Notes under the pieces: generated by a model | What the model was told of the DNA's origin: nothing | Database searches by the model: none | Seen by the model: the letters and a program-made list of their open reading frames with translations, nothing else | Origin: an uncultured Brevinematales bacterium | GTDB taxonomy: Bacteria > Spirochaetota > Brevinematia > Brevinematales > JAOACQ01 | Direction of reading: 5' to 3' | Assembly (NCBI GenBank): GCA_964392785.1 | Contig: CAYMRH010000002.1 | Span: forward strand, 797-64,796 | DNA: 64,000 nucleotides | Program-made: the position numbers and the translations under genes | In this document: in pieces, positions 35,392 through 44,328 of the stretch | Layout: each line of letters starts with the position of its first letter | How positions within the stretch are numbered: position 1 is the stretch's first letter

Positions 35392-36321
35392 TCAATCCCC
35401 GTCCCGCTCCAGCGGGTGATATTTTTTATGGGTTTTCTTCAATGTGTCGGCCGTGACGTGGGTGTAGATCTGCGTGGTGGAAATGTCCGAATGCCCCAGC
35501 ATCTCCTGCACGGCGCGGAGGTCGGCGCCGTTTGTGACCAGGTGCGTGGCGAAACTGTGCCGGAGGGTGTGCGGAGTGACGTCTTTGTCCAACCCGGCGT
35601 TCCGGGCGCGTTTTTTCACGACCGTCCATACGGCCACCCGGGACATGCGGCGGCCCAGACGGGATAAAAACAGAAAGTCCGTGGACAGTTTCCGGTGCGC
35701 CATTTCCTTGCGGTAGGCCATGTACTTCTTCACGGCCGCGAGCGCCCGGCGGCCAATGGGGACCACCCGCTCCTTGCCGCCCTTGCCGAACACGCGCATC
35801 ACGCCCTCTTCGAACGAAATGTCCCCGGCCTTGGCCGAGCAGAGTTCCGACACGCGAAGCCCGCAGGAATAGAGCATTTCGATCATGCAGGAATCCCGCG
35901 CCTCCACGGCCGCGAAACCCCGGTTTTTTCTTTTTTCCGCGTCTTGCGGCGCTTCGGCCGACACGGCCTTGAGCATGGACTCCACTTCCTCCACGGTCAA
36001 AAAGCCCGGCAGGGATTTCAGGTACCGGGGGCTTTCCACCAGTTCCATGGGGTTTTCGGAAATTTTTTCCATCTTCATCAGATACAGGTAATAACCCTTG
36101 AGCCCGGAAAGTTTTCTGGCAATACTCCTGTTGGATACGCCTTTTTCGTTCAGGGAAATGATGAAATCCAGGATATCCTCCCGCGTGGCGCGGTCGGGCG
36201 GTTTTTCCGGCCCCAGAAAGACGGCAAACTCCTGCATGTCTGCCAGGTAGGCCAGGAGCGAATTTTTGGACAGCCGTTTTTCGTAGGACAGGTAGATCTG
36301 GTAGTCTTCAAGGTATTGCAT
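35392..36321 (-). CDS. tyrosine site-specific recombinase XerC/XerD family
   Basis: N-terminal SAM-like core-binding domain (YLSYEKRLSKNSLLAYLADM). Catalytic motifs ARDSCMIEMLYSCGLRVSE and HTLRHSFATHL...LGHSDISTTQIYTHV. Start trimmed to the ATG at 36321. Confidence 0.8.
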   Translation of the reverse strand: MQYLEDYQIYLSYEKRLSKNSLLAYLADMQEFAVFLGPEKPPDRATREDILDFIISLNEKGVSNRSIARKLSGLKGYYLYLMKMEKISENPMELVESPRYLKSLPGFLTVEEVESMLKAVSAEAPQDAEKRKNRGFAAVEARDSCMIEMLYSCGLRVSELCSAKAGDISFEEGVMRVFGKGGKERVVPIGRRALAAVKKYMAYRKEMAHRKLSTDFLFLSRLGRRMSRVAVWTVVKKRARNAGLDKDVTPHTLRHSFATHLVTNGADLRAVQEMLGHSDISTTQIYTHVTADTLKKTHKKYHPLERDGD

Positions 36322-36334
36322 GATTGGCGCATGA

Positions 36335-36386
36335 TGGTCCGTTGGGGGTAGGGACAAGGCACGCCTTACCCCTACCCCCAACGGAC
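36335..36386. repeat. 52-nt extended perfect hairpin between uvrB and the Xer gene
   Basis: GGTCCGTTGGGGGTAGGG (36335..36352) pairs perfectly with CCCTACCCCCAACGGACC (36369..36386). The loop contains an inner AAGGC/GCCTT pairing. No U-tract on either strand. Confidence 0.6.
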
Positions 36387-36393
36387 CACGCCC

Positions 36394-38367
36394 CTACTTC
36401 TCCTTCGCCTTCAGTTCCGCAATCTCGTCCCGTACGCGGGCGGCCTGTTCGAATTCCAGGTTCTCGGCGTATTCGATCATGAGTTTTTCCAGTTCTTTCA
36501 GCAGCAGGTCCTTCTCCACGAATTTCCGTTTGTATTCCGCCACGCGGTCGCGCTCGTGTTCTTCTTCCTCGATCCTGCGTTCCAGGATGTCGTGGATCTC
36601 CTTCTGGATGGTTTTGGGAGTGATGCCGTGCTTTTTGTTGTACTCAATCTGGATGGTGCGGCGGCGGGAGGTCTCATCCAGTGCCTGTTTCATGGAATCC
36701 GTCACGCTGTCGGCGTAGAGGATCACCTTACCGTTGACGTTGCGCGCGCTGCGGCCTATGATCTGGACCAGCGACCGGGCGGAGCGCAGGAACCCCATCT
36801 TGTCCGCGTCCAGGATGCAGACCAGGGACACCTCCGGCAGGTCAATCCCCTCCCGCAGGAGGTTGATGCCCACCAGGATGTCGTACACGCCCAGGCGGAG
36901 TTTTTTCAATATCTCCACGCGCTCGATCGTCTCCACTTCCGAGTGCAGGTAGGCCACTTTCATGTCGTTTTCCGACAGGTAGTCGGACAGGTCCTCCGCC
37001 ATCTTTTTTGTGAGCGTGGTGACAAGCACGCGTTGGCCGGCCTTGATGCGCTCCCGGGATTCCAGGATGATGTCCTCGATCTGGCCTTCGCTCGGTCTCA
37101 CTTCCACTTCCGGGTCAATGAGTCCCGTGGGGCGTATGATCTGCTCCACCACCGCGCTGCCGTGGGAGAGTTCGTAATCCGCCGGCGTGGCGGACACGAA
37201 CAGCGTTTTTTTCACGATCCCCTCGAACTCGGGAAAAGTCAGGGGCCGGTTGTCCAGCGCGGAGGGCAGACGGAAACCGTAGTCCACCAGAGTCTGCTTG
37301 CGGGACCGGTCCCCCGCGCTCATGCCGCCAATCTGCGGGATGGTCTGGTGCGACTCGTCCAGGATGGCCAGAAAATCCTGCGGAAAATAGTCCAGGAGCA
37401 CGAACGGCCTCTCGCCGGGCTTGCGGAAGGAGAGGTGGCGCGAATAGTTCTCGATGCCGTTGCAGTAGCCCATCTCCTGCATCATCTCGATGTCGTAATG
37501 CGTGCGGGACTCCAGGCGGTAGGCCTCGATCTCCCGGCCCGCCGCCTTCAGCTCCTTCAGGCGTTCCTGGAGCTCGATTTCAATATTTTCCACGGCGGTT
37601 TTGAGTTTTTCGTCCGTGGTCAGGAAGAGCTTGGCGGGGTACACCACGAGCCGGTCCACGTTCTCGATCAGTTTGCCCGTCATGAAATGCAGGCGCTGGA
37701 CGTTCTCGATTTCGTCCCCGAAGAACGTCACGCGGATCACCTCGCGGGAATAGGCCGTGTGGATATCGATCACGTCGCCTTTCACCCGGAAAGCCGCGCG
37801 GCCCAGGTCAAAGTCAGAACGCTCGTACTGGATGCGCACCAGGTGGCGGATGAATTCGTCCCGGGACACGGCCAGGCCCTTCTTGACCAGGAGCATGAGT
37901 TCCTTGTAGTCCGTGGGCGCACCCAGGCCGTAGATGCACGAAACGGAGGCGACCACCAGCACGTCCCGCCGGTCCATGAGGGACGCCACGGCGGAGACCC
38001 GCATGCGGTCAATCTCGTCGTTGATGCTGGAATCCTTCTCGATGTAGAGATCCCGCTGGGGCACGTAGGCCTCGGGCTGGTAGTAGTCGTAATAGGACAC
38101 GAAGTATTCCACGGCGTTGTCAGGGAAATAATCGCGGAACTCGCGGAAGAGCTGGGCGGCCAGCGTCTTGTTGTGGCTCATGACCAGCGCCGGCACCTGC
38201 AGGTTCTCGATCACGTGCGCCATGGTGAAGGTTTTTCCGCTTCCTGTCACGCCCAGGAGCGTCTGTTTTTCCACGCCGTTCTTGAGGAAATTTTCCGTGA
38301 TGCGCTCAATGGCCTCCGGCTGGTCGCCCGAGGGTTTGTAGGGGGAGTGAACCTTGAATTTCGGCAT
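36394..38367 (-). CDS. uvrB: excinuclease ABC subunit B
   Basis: 657 aa with PSGDQPEAI, GVTGSGKT (Walker A), DESH, helicase motifs and a C-terminal UVR domain (EFEQAARVRDEI). Confidence 0.95.
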   Translation of the reverse strand: MPKFKVHSPYKPSGDQPEAIERITENFLKNGVEKQTLLGVTGSGKTFTMAHVIENLQVPALVMSHNKTLAAQLFREFRDYFPDNAVEYFVSYYDYYQPEAYVPQRDLYIEKDSSINDEIDRMRVSAVASLMDRRDVLVVASVSCIYGLGAPTDYKELMLLVKKGLAVSRDEFIRHLVRIQYERSDFDLGRAAFRVKGDVIDIHTAYSREVIRVTFFGDEIENVQRLHFMTGKLIENVDRLVVYPAKLFLTTDEKLKTAVENIEIELQERLKELKAAGREIEAYRLESRTHYDIEMMQEMGYCNGIENYSRHLSFRKPGERPFVLLDYFPQDFLAILDESHQTIPQIGGMSAGDRSRKQTLVDYGFRLPSALDNRPLTFPEFEGIVKKTLFVSATPADYELSHGSAVVEQIIRPTGLIDPEVEVRPSEGQIEDIILESRERIKAGQRVLVTTLTKKMAEDLSDYLSENDMKVAYLHSEVETIERVEILKKLRLGVYDILVGINLLREGIDLPEVSLVCILDADKMGFLRSARSLVQIIGRSARNVNGKVILYADSVTDSMKQALDETSRRRTIQIEYNKKHGITPKTIQKEIHDILERRIEEEEHERDRVAEYKRKFVEKDLLLKELEKLMIEYAENLEFEQAARVRDEIAELKAKEK

Positions 38368-38467
38368 AGGGTTAGAATATAGGGGAATTCCGCGAAATCC
38401 TCAATTATTTAACGAGGGCAGGCGCAGAGCGCGCAGAGAACGGAAAAAAAACCGCGCGCTCGCCTGA

Positions 38468-38893
38468 TCAGCGGGGATAATTCCGGTTCACTGCGCCGCA
38501 CTTCAAACACACCGGCCGGTGCACGCAGAGGAGGGAGCCGCATTTCCTGCAGGTCCACTTTTTCCGGATTCGGGCCGAAAAGCGCGTCACGCCCAGCTTT
38601 TTAATGGTCTCAAGATTTTCCAGAAAGCTCATCCCGTAGCGGGCGCGGTAACGCTTGTCCAGCGCTTTCAGGCGCTTGCAGGGAATCTTTCCGCAGGAAT
38701 GGCAAAAATTATTCCCGGGTTTCCTGATTGTCGGGCATGTCCTGATCACGCACACCGCGCAGGAATTTCTCTCGCGGCCGGTCAGCGCCCGGCAGCCGGG
38801 GCAATGGTTTTTCTCCCGCTGGTAGGCCAGGCACAGGGAGCAGACCATCCCGCAGGGGCCGATGTGGAGGCGTTTGGACGTGGGTTTATTCAT
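38468..38893 (-). CDS. Cys-rich DUF3795-family protein
   Basis: 141 aa with CGMVCSLC, CPGC, CAVCVIRTC, CHSC and CRKC...CLKC clusters, as in DUF3795. Confidence 0.6.
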   Translation of the reverse strand: MNKPTSKRLHIGPCGMVCSLCLAYQREKNHCPGCRALTGRERNSCAVCVIRTCPTIRKPGNNFCHSCGKIPCKRLKALDKRYRARYGMSFLENLETIKKLGVTRFSARIRKKWTCRKCGSLLCVHRPVCLKCGAVNRNYPR

Positions 38894-39100
38894 GGCGAAT
38901 GATGGTAATCTGGTTTCTGATTCCTGTCATTTTTTTGAACTTCTGCAAGACTTCCGTGCCCTAACGCGCTTTGCTCTCCTCGGCCCTCCAGCCCCCGCGT
39001 GCAGGTGCTGGACGCTCGGAGAGCGGGTTGAAATCCCAATCCATTCTCTTTTCCTTCGTCCCTCGTTCCACGCTGACAACGGCCGCGCTGTTTTCTTTAA

Positions 39101-39134
39101 ACAGTTTCTTTGTCAACTGACAAAGAAACTGTTG
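39101..39134. repeat. perfect 16-bp palindrome in a 330-nt non-coding gap
   Basis: AACAGTTTCTTTGTCA-AC-TGACAAAGAAACTGTT. Because of the palindrome, both ORF-track artefacts across it encode the same peptide, QFLCQLTKKL. Confidence 0.6.
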
Positions 39135-39221
39135 TTCAAACTGCAACACCACTGTCAAAAATGATTTGCCTGTTAATGAAATAAAAGTCAGTATGCGTGG
39201 GATCGAAAGGCTTTGCGGCGC

Positions 39222-40352
39222 CTAGTACATTCTCTTGTTCACGGCATAATTCAGGGAATAACACACCACCCGCGAGGGCGCGCTCGCCGGGACGAACACG
39301 GATTTGGAAAAATAATCCAGGCCGAACTTCAGACCCGGACGGTTGATGATTCCCACATGGCGGGAATTCACGTAGGCCCCCGTTTCCGCGTTGAACACGT
39401 TCAGGACCCCGGTGTCGTCCACCGCGGCCACCACGGAAAGCGTATCCGAAAAGGCGACGGGCGAAAGCGTGACGGAAGAAGCGAGCGGTCTGAACCATTC
39501 CTCGGCAACGTCGTTCAAAACGACCTGGTATTTTCCCAAACCCGCGCGCTGCGGGGACGCGGATGCGGTGAAAAACGCGCTTTCGTATGGGCCGCTCACC
39601 GGTAATAGCGGAGAGGACGGGACGGCCCAGCTCATGGAGGTGTGATAAGCCGCCCCGGAAGAGGACAGGGCCTTCACTCCGGCGTCTGTCGCGAAAAACA
39701 GGATGTGATTCCGGTAGAAGGCGGAACCGGAAAAGTTCAAACCCTCAAACTCGGTCCAGGTCCGCAGAAGGCCAAAGGACGGGTCCAGTCCGGCCACGAC
39801 CGACTTCGCGCTGACGGCGTACCAACCGCTCCCGGATTTCACCACCGCGCGCAGACCGCCCGCGAACGGGCCCAATCTGAAAACCTCAGCGCGTCCTTCC
39901 GCCGTTCGGTAGCGCACAATGCTATCCGCGCTGTGAAGAAGGAGATCGGGGCCGTCGGCCGGGCTCAGACCCTCCGCCTTCAGAACCAGATTGGTCTGGA
40001 ACATGATTCCGCCCTCCCTGTAGGAATAATGCCGGATCATGGTCGTATCCAGCGCCGTGGTACTCACCACCACCAGGGAATCCGGGGCGGGATGGAGGGC
40101 CAGGATTTTTTCTCCGGCCAGGGTCCGCTTCCAACGCAATAGTCCGGAATCGATCCAGAGCGAATATATTGAAGCGAATTCGTCGGCAAAATAGGCCGAG
40201 TTGCCCTGGATCTCGATTCCGCAGGTCACGGCGCCGTCGGTTTCCACGGACCAGATCACGCCGTCCTCACGGTCAAAATTCTGCAAAGAACAGCCCAGAA
40301 CCGGGAGCAGAACGAGCGTGAGAAGGATTTTACGGGCTGCGGCGGCCGTCAT
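39222..40352 (-). CDS. PQQ/BamB-like beta-propeller lipoprotein
   Basis: Signal peptide and lipobox (LTLVLLPVLGCS). Repeated G..W / strand patterns (GVIWSVETDGAV, SGLLRWKRTL, YVNSRHVG). The assignment is tentative. Confidence 0.5.
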   Translation of the reverse strand: MTAAAARKILLTLVLLPVLGCSLQNFDREDGVIWSVETDGAVTCGIEIQGNSAYFADEFASIYSLWIDSGLLRWKRTLAGEKILALHPAPDSLVVVSTTALDTTMIRHYSYREGGIMFQTNLVLKAEGLSPADGPDLLLHSADSIVRYRTAEGRAEVFRLGPFAGGLRAVVKSGSGWYAVSAKSVVAGLDPSFGLLRTWTEFEGLNFSGSAFYRNHILFFATDAGVKALSSSGAAYHTSMSWAVPSSPLLPVSGPYESAFFTASASPQRAGLGKYQVVLNDVAEEWFRPLASSVTLSPVAFSDTLSVVAAVDDTGVLNVFNAETGAYVNSRHVGIINRPGLKFGLDYFSKSVFVPASAPSRVVCYSLNYAVNKRMY

Positions 40353-40375
40353 GAGGGTCTTCCTTTACCGTTTAT

Positions 40376-40404
40376 TTGAAGTGACATTCCGTATAGTATA
40401 TAAT
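40376..40404 (+). promoter_or_regulatory. sigma-70-like promoter candidate for the iorA operon
   Basis: TTGAAG (40376..40381), 17-nt spacer, TATAAT (40399..40404), leaving an ~85-nt leader before the ATG at 40490. Confidence 0.5.
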
Positions 40405-40489
40405 ATACTCTCTTTCGGTCAAAATAGTGAAATGGATCTTCCTATACTATTTCGGCACGACCGGCCCGTATCATGAAGGGGTGTTCCGC

Positions 40490-42151
40490 ATGAAAGACCT
40501 GCTGTCCGGCAACGAGGCCATTGCCCGCGGGGCGTTCGAGGCCAACGTTTGGGTCGCCGCCGGTTACCCGGGAACTCCCAGTTCTGAAATCATCCAGACC
40601 CTGAGCGAACAATACCCCGAGATCGACTCCGAGTGGAGCATAAACGAAAAAGTGGCCCTGGAAGTGGCTTTGGGCGCCTCCATCGCGGGCGTCCGGTCCA
40701 TCGCCACCATGAAGCATGTGGGCCTGAACGTGGCCTCCGACCCGCTCATGACCGCCTCCTACACGGGCGTGCGGTCCGGACTGACCGTAGTCGTGGCGGA
40801 CGACCCCGGCATGCACTCCTCCCAGAACGAGCAGGATTCCCGCCACTGGGTCAAGTTCGGCCGGCTGCCGCTCCTGGAACCCTCCGACAGCCGGGAGGCC
40901 CTGGACTATACCAAGCTCTCCCTGGACCTGTCAGAACAGTACGACACGCCGGTCATCCTGCGCGCCGTGACGCGGGTGTCCCACACGAAGACCGTCGTCA
41001 ACCTGTCCGAAGCCAAACGCCGTTTACCGCCCTACTCGTACCGGAAAGACCCCGCCAAGTTCGTGATGGTCCCGGCCAACGCCATACCCCGCCACCGGGC
41101 GGTCCTGGAACGCTGGGAGAAACTGAAAACCGCGTCCGAAAAGTTCAAGGGCCATAAAATCGAACACCGCGGCACATCCGTCGGGATTGTGACACACGGC
41201 ATGATCTACCATTACGTCCGGGAAGCCCTGCCGGACGCCAGCGTGTTCAGCGTGGGAATGTACCCCGTTCCCGTTCAGGCCATCCGCAAATTCGCGTCCC
41301 GGGTTTCCAGGCTGTTCGTGGTGGAAGAATTGGACCCGGTCATCGAGGACGAACTGCGGGCCAACAGCCTGAAACTCACCGGCAAAGAGCTGTTCCCGGA
41401 GGCCGGCGAACTGTCCGTGGAACTGATCCGGAACGCGTTCGCCAAACCCAAAAAAAACGCCGCGCGGAAAACATCCGGCGCCGCGAAAACGGTCGCCGCC
41501 GCTCAACCGGCGCCGCTGCCGGGACGCCCGCCCGTCCTCTGCAAGGGCTGCGGTCACATACCGGTGTTCGAGGTCCTGCGGGACCTGGACGCCACCGTTT
41601 TGGGCGATATCGGCTGCTACACGCTGGGCGCGCTGGCGCCCTATAACGCCATGGACACCACCATCTGCATGGGAGCCAGCGTGGGAAACGAGATCGGATT
41701 CAAGAAACTGGGGCAACTCCACGGCCAACTGCCGCGGTCCGTGGCCGTGATCGGGGATTCCACGTTCTACCATTCCGGCATGACGAACCTGCTGGACGCG
41801 GTCAGCAATAAAATCCCGATCACGCTCGTGATCCTGGACAACCGGATCACGGCCATGACCGGCCACCAGACCAATCCCGGAACCTGCCTCAATTCCAAAC
41901 TCTGCGCGGCCGGCGAAGTGGACCTGGAAGCGCTGTGCCGCGGCTTGGGCGTCAAACGCGTGCGGACCGTCAACGCCTACCAGAAAGAGGACGTCCGCCG
42001 GGCCGTCCTGGAGGAATGGGACGCCGCCGAACCGTCCGTCATCATAGCCCGGGAAATCTGCGTGGTCAGCGAGTCCCGCATGAAGCAGATTCGGGATCGG
42101 CTGAAGGCGGCCGGGGACAGTTCGCCCGGCCCCACGGGAGGCGCCTCATGA
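40490..42151 (+). CDS. iorA: indolepyruvate:ferredoxin oxidoreductase alpha subunit
   Basis: MKDLLSGNEAIARGAFEANV, GYPGTPSSEI, DDPGMHSSQNEQDSR and the TPP-domain CKGCGH motif. Start trimmed to the ATG at 40490. No CxxCxxCxxxCP dicluster motifs are visible. Confidence 0.8.
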   Translation: MKDLLSGNEAIARGAFEANVWVAAGYPGTPSSEIIQTLSEQYPEIDSEWSINEKVALEVALGASIAGVRSIATMKHVGLNVASDPLMTASYTGVRSGLTVVVADDPGMHSSQNEQDSRHWVKFGRLPLLEPSDSREALDYTKLSLDLSEQYDTPVILRAVTRVSHTKTVVNLSEAKRRLPPYSYRKDPAKFVMVPANAIPRHRAVLERWEKLKTASEKFKGHKIEHRGTSVGIVTHGMIYHYVREALPDASVFSVGMYPVPVQAIRKFASRVSRLFVVEELDPVIEDELRANSLKLTGKELFPEAGELSVELIRNAFAKPKKNAARKTSGAAKTVAAAQPAPLPGRPPVLCKGCGHIPVFEVLRDLDATVLGDIGCYTLGALAPYNAMDTTICMGASVGNEIGFKKLGQLHGQLPRSVAVIGDSTFYHSGMTNLLDAVSNKIPITLVILDNRITAMTGHQTNPGTCLNSKLCAAGEVDLEALCRGLGVKRVRTVNAYQKEDVRRAVLEEWDAAEPSVIIAREICVVSESRMKQIRDRLKAAGDSSPGPTGGAS

Positions 42152-43695
42152 ACGTGGCCACCGTTTCCTTCCTGGTGGGGGCGAGTTTCGGTTTTTTCCT
42201 GACCATCCAGTACGTCATCTTCGTGCTGTTTCTGTCCAAGCGCGACGAAATCAAGAAGACCAAGGAAGACCTTTTTTACATCATCCTGATCGGGATCGCC
42301 ATCTGCCTGGCGGGCATTTTCGGCTACCTGTCCCAATCCGGGGAATTCCAGGCGCTCGCGGCCGTGTTCCGCAAGGCGCAGCTGATCGGCTCCATCCTGA
42401 CCGTCAATTTTTACGTCATGCTCCTGCGCTTTATCCTGCTCTCGATCAAGGACATGACCTTCGTGGAAACGGACGAATACAAGGGCTACACGCGCCGGTA
42501 CCTGATATTTTTCACCGTCGTGTCCGTCGCGGCCATACTGGCCGTCGCGCTGTTCGACATCACCTCGCGCCCGTTTTCGCGCCCGGGATTCCCGAACTTC
42601 ATGAACATCCCCTCGCTGGCCTATCTGGCCCTCGTAATCGTGGTGGAATCGCTCCAGTTCCAGAAAATCCTGCGCAAGGAAATCGGCAAGATCACGCCCA
42701 TCAACTTCCTCCGCTACGTGACCATCTACGGAAGCGGGATGATCGCGCTGCTCTTCTCTTTTGCCGAAATCACTTTCGCGTTCTTCAACCGGACGGACAC
42801 CGTGGCCGCGTTCGGATCCTTCTTCATGTACGGCATGGGGTTTCTGGCCGTGGGGCTGTCGCTCAACCTGATTTTCGAGTACATGGAAGTGCTGACGCGG
42901 GTCAGCGAAACCAACAAAAAACTGACGGACCTGAACCGGAAAATCATGGACGACGTCCGCACCGCCCAGTCGCTCCAGATCTCGCTCCTGCCCCTGGACA
43001 AGCAGAAGGTGATCCAGAGCCACGTGGACATGGAGATCTCCTACATGCCCATGCAGAGCGTGGGGGGAGACTATTACGACTTCTACCTGCTGGACGAAAA
43101 CAAGGTGCTCCTCTTCATCGGGGACGCGTCCGGTCACGGCGTGTACGCCGCCATGATCTGGGCCATGCTGAAGGTGGAGGTGGAGGAGCTGATCGAGGAC
43201 CAGCAGTTTACGGACCTGTCCCAGGCGTTCACCACCCTGAACCAGCGGATCACGCGCATCCTGGAGAACACCTATTCGTACGCGACGCTGTTCTCCTGCC
43301 TGATCGACCTCTCCTCGTCCACCGTGAGTTATATTTCAGCCGGACACACCGACCAGCTGTTCTTCTCCCTGGAGGGCGAGGCCGTGAACCGGATCCGCAA
43401 CAAGAACCCCATTATCGGGACGTTCAAGAACGCCCAGTTCAACGCGGACACCATCTCCTACAAACCCGGGGACATGCTGCTCCTGTTTTCCGACGGGATC
43501 GTGGAAGGAACCAACCCGGAAGGCGAGCAGCTCGGCAAGGAACGCCTGGAAAACATGCTGCTGGAAGTGGGGCAGGACACGGCCAATTCCGCGAACGCCT
43601 CCCTGGTCATCGGGAACCTGCTCATCAAGCTGGAAGAATTTTTCGAGGGCACCATCCAGAAGGACGACCGGACCCTCATGGTCATCAAACTTTAA
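42148..43695 (+). CDS. 7-TM sensor fused to a PP2C/SpoIIE-family serine phosphatase
   Basis: The ATG at 42148 overlaps the iorA TGA (ATGA). About seven hydrophobic helices span the first ~330 aa. The PP2C motifs then follow: SVGGDYYDF, FIGDASGHGVYAA, LFSDGIVE and DDRTLMVIKL. Confidence 0.8.
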   Translation: MNVATVSFLVGASFGFFLTIQYVIFVLFLSKRDEIKKTKEDLFYIILIGIAICLAGIFGYLSQSGEFQALAAVFRKAQLIGSILTVNFYVMLLRFILLSIKDMTFVETDEYKGYTRRYLIFFTVVSVAAILAVALFDITSRPFSRPGFPNFMNIPSLAYLALVIVVESLQFQKILRKEIGKITPINFLRYVTIYGSGMIALLFSFAEITFAFFNRTDTVAAFGSFFMYGMGFLAVGLSLNLIFEYMEVLTRVSETNKKLTDLNRKIMDDVRTAQSLQISLLPLDKQKVIQSHVDMEISYMPMQSVGGDYYDFYLLDENKVLLFIGDASGHGVYAAMIWAMLKVEVEELIEDQQFTDLSQAFTTLNQRITRILENTYSYATLFSCLIDLSSSTVSYISAGHTDQLFFSLEGEAVNRIRNKNPIIGTFKNAQFNADTISYKPGDMLLLFSDGIVEGTNPEGEQLGKERLENMLLEVGQDTANSANASLVIGNLLIKLEEFFEGTIQKDDRTLMVIKL

Positions 43696-43710
43696 GAGAC
43701 GGCGGGTATC

Positions 43711-44307
43711 ATGAAGAAAACGGACACAACGGCGGTGCGGAGCGTCGTGATCTGCGGGGTCGGGGGCCAGGGCATCATTCTCGCGTCTGACGTGCTGTCC
43801 ACCGCCCTCTTCACGGCGGGTTTTGACGTCAAGAAGAACGAGATCCACGGCATGAGCCAGCGCGAAGGCGCCGTGATCAGTTTCGTGCGTTACGGCCGCC
43901 GGGTTCATTCCCCCGTCGTGCCCGACGGCGGCGCGGACTGCCTGCTGGGTTTCGAGATCCTGGAAACCCTCAGAACGCTGAAATATCTCCGGAACGGCGG
44001 GGCGGTGATCGCAAACGAACAGGAGATCCACCCCACTCCCGTCCTCCTGGGGAAAGCCGAATATCCTTCCAACGCGAAGGACGTCATCCTGGCCAGGACA
44101 AAAACCGTCCTGTTCATCAAGGCCCTGGACATCGCCAAAGCGCTGGGCAACCCCAAGGCGGTGAACACCGTGCTTCTGGGCGCGCTGTCACGCCATCTGG
44201 AAAAGGTGGGCGAAAAGGCCTGGGAAGACGCCCTGCGGCGGCATGTCAAGAACGCGTTCCTGAACGTGAACCTGGAGGCCTTCCGCGCCGGCCGGGACAT
44301 ACACTGA
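43711..44307 (+). CDS. iorB: indolepyruvate:ferredoxin oxidoreductase beta subunit
   Basis: VVICGVGGQGIILAS and EIHGMSQREGAV motifs of IorB / the PFOR gamma-like domain. Confidence 0.8.
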   Translation: MKKTDTTAVRSVVICGVGGQGIILASDVLSTALFTAGFDVKKNEIHGMSQREGAVISFVRYGRRVHSPVVPDGGADCLLGFEILETLRTLKYLRNGGAVIANEQEIHPTPVLLGKAEYPSNAKDVILARTKTVLFIKALDIAKALGNPKAVNTVLLGALSRHLEKVGEKAWEDALRRHVKNAFLNVNLEAFRAGRDIH

Positions 44308-44328
44308 ACCCTTCCGGAGGAGACCCGT

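Noticed and set aside
35392-36321. Tyrosine recombinase as a marker of an integrated mobile element
   Set aside because: Sequence and size fit chromosomal XerC/XerD (SAM-like N-domain, canonical R..HxxR..Y). It sits between uvrB and housekeeping genes, and there are no flanking direct repeats, tRNA target, or phage/transposon genes.
36556-38382. 608-aa plus-strand ORF opposite uvrB. Similar long antisense ORFs occur at 8100..9800 (opposite FapA), 10285..11427 (opposite rpoN), 31409..32710 (opposite lpxH-like/mntP), 27630..28979 (opposite trpB) and 23793..25205 (opposite SSF).
   Set aside because: In each case the opposite strand encodes an unmistakable conserved protein. These ORFs are stop-codon-poor antisense frames of GC-rich coding DNA.
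38941-38965. Sigma-54-like promoter on the minus strand (GGGCAC ... CTTGCA) upstream of the DUF3795 gene
   Set aside because: The GG and GC elements are separated by 12 nt instead of the invariant 10 nt (TGGCAC-N5-TTGC), so it does not fit the -24/-12 geometry. I found no convincing -24/-12 promoter in the intergenic regions I inspected by eye.
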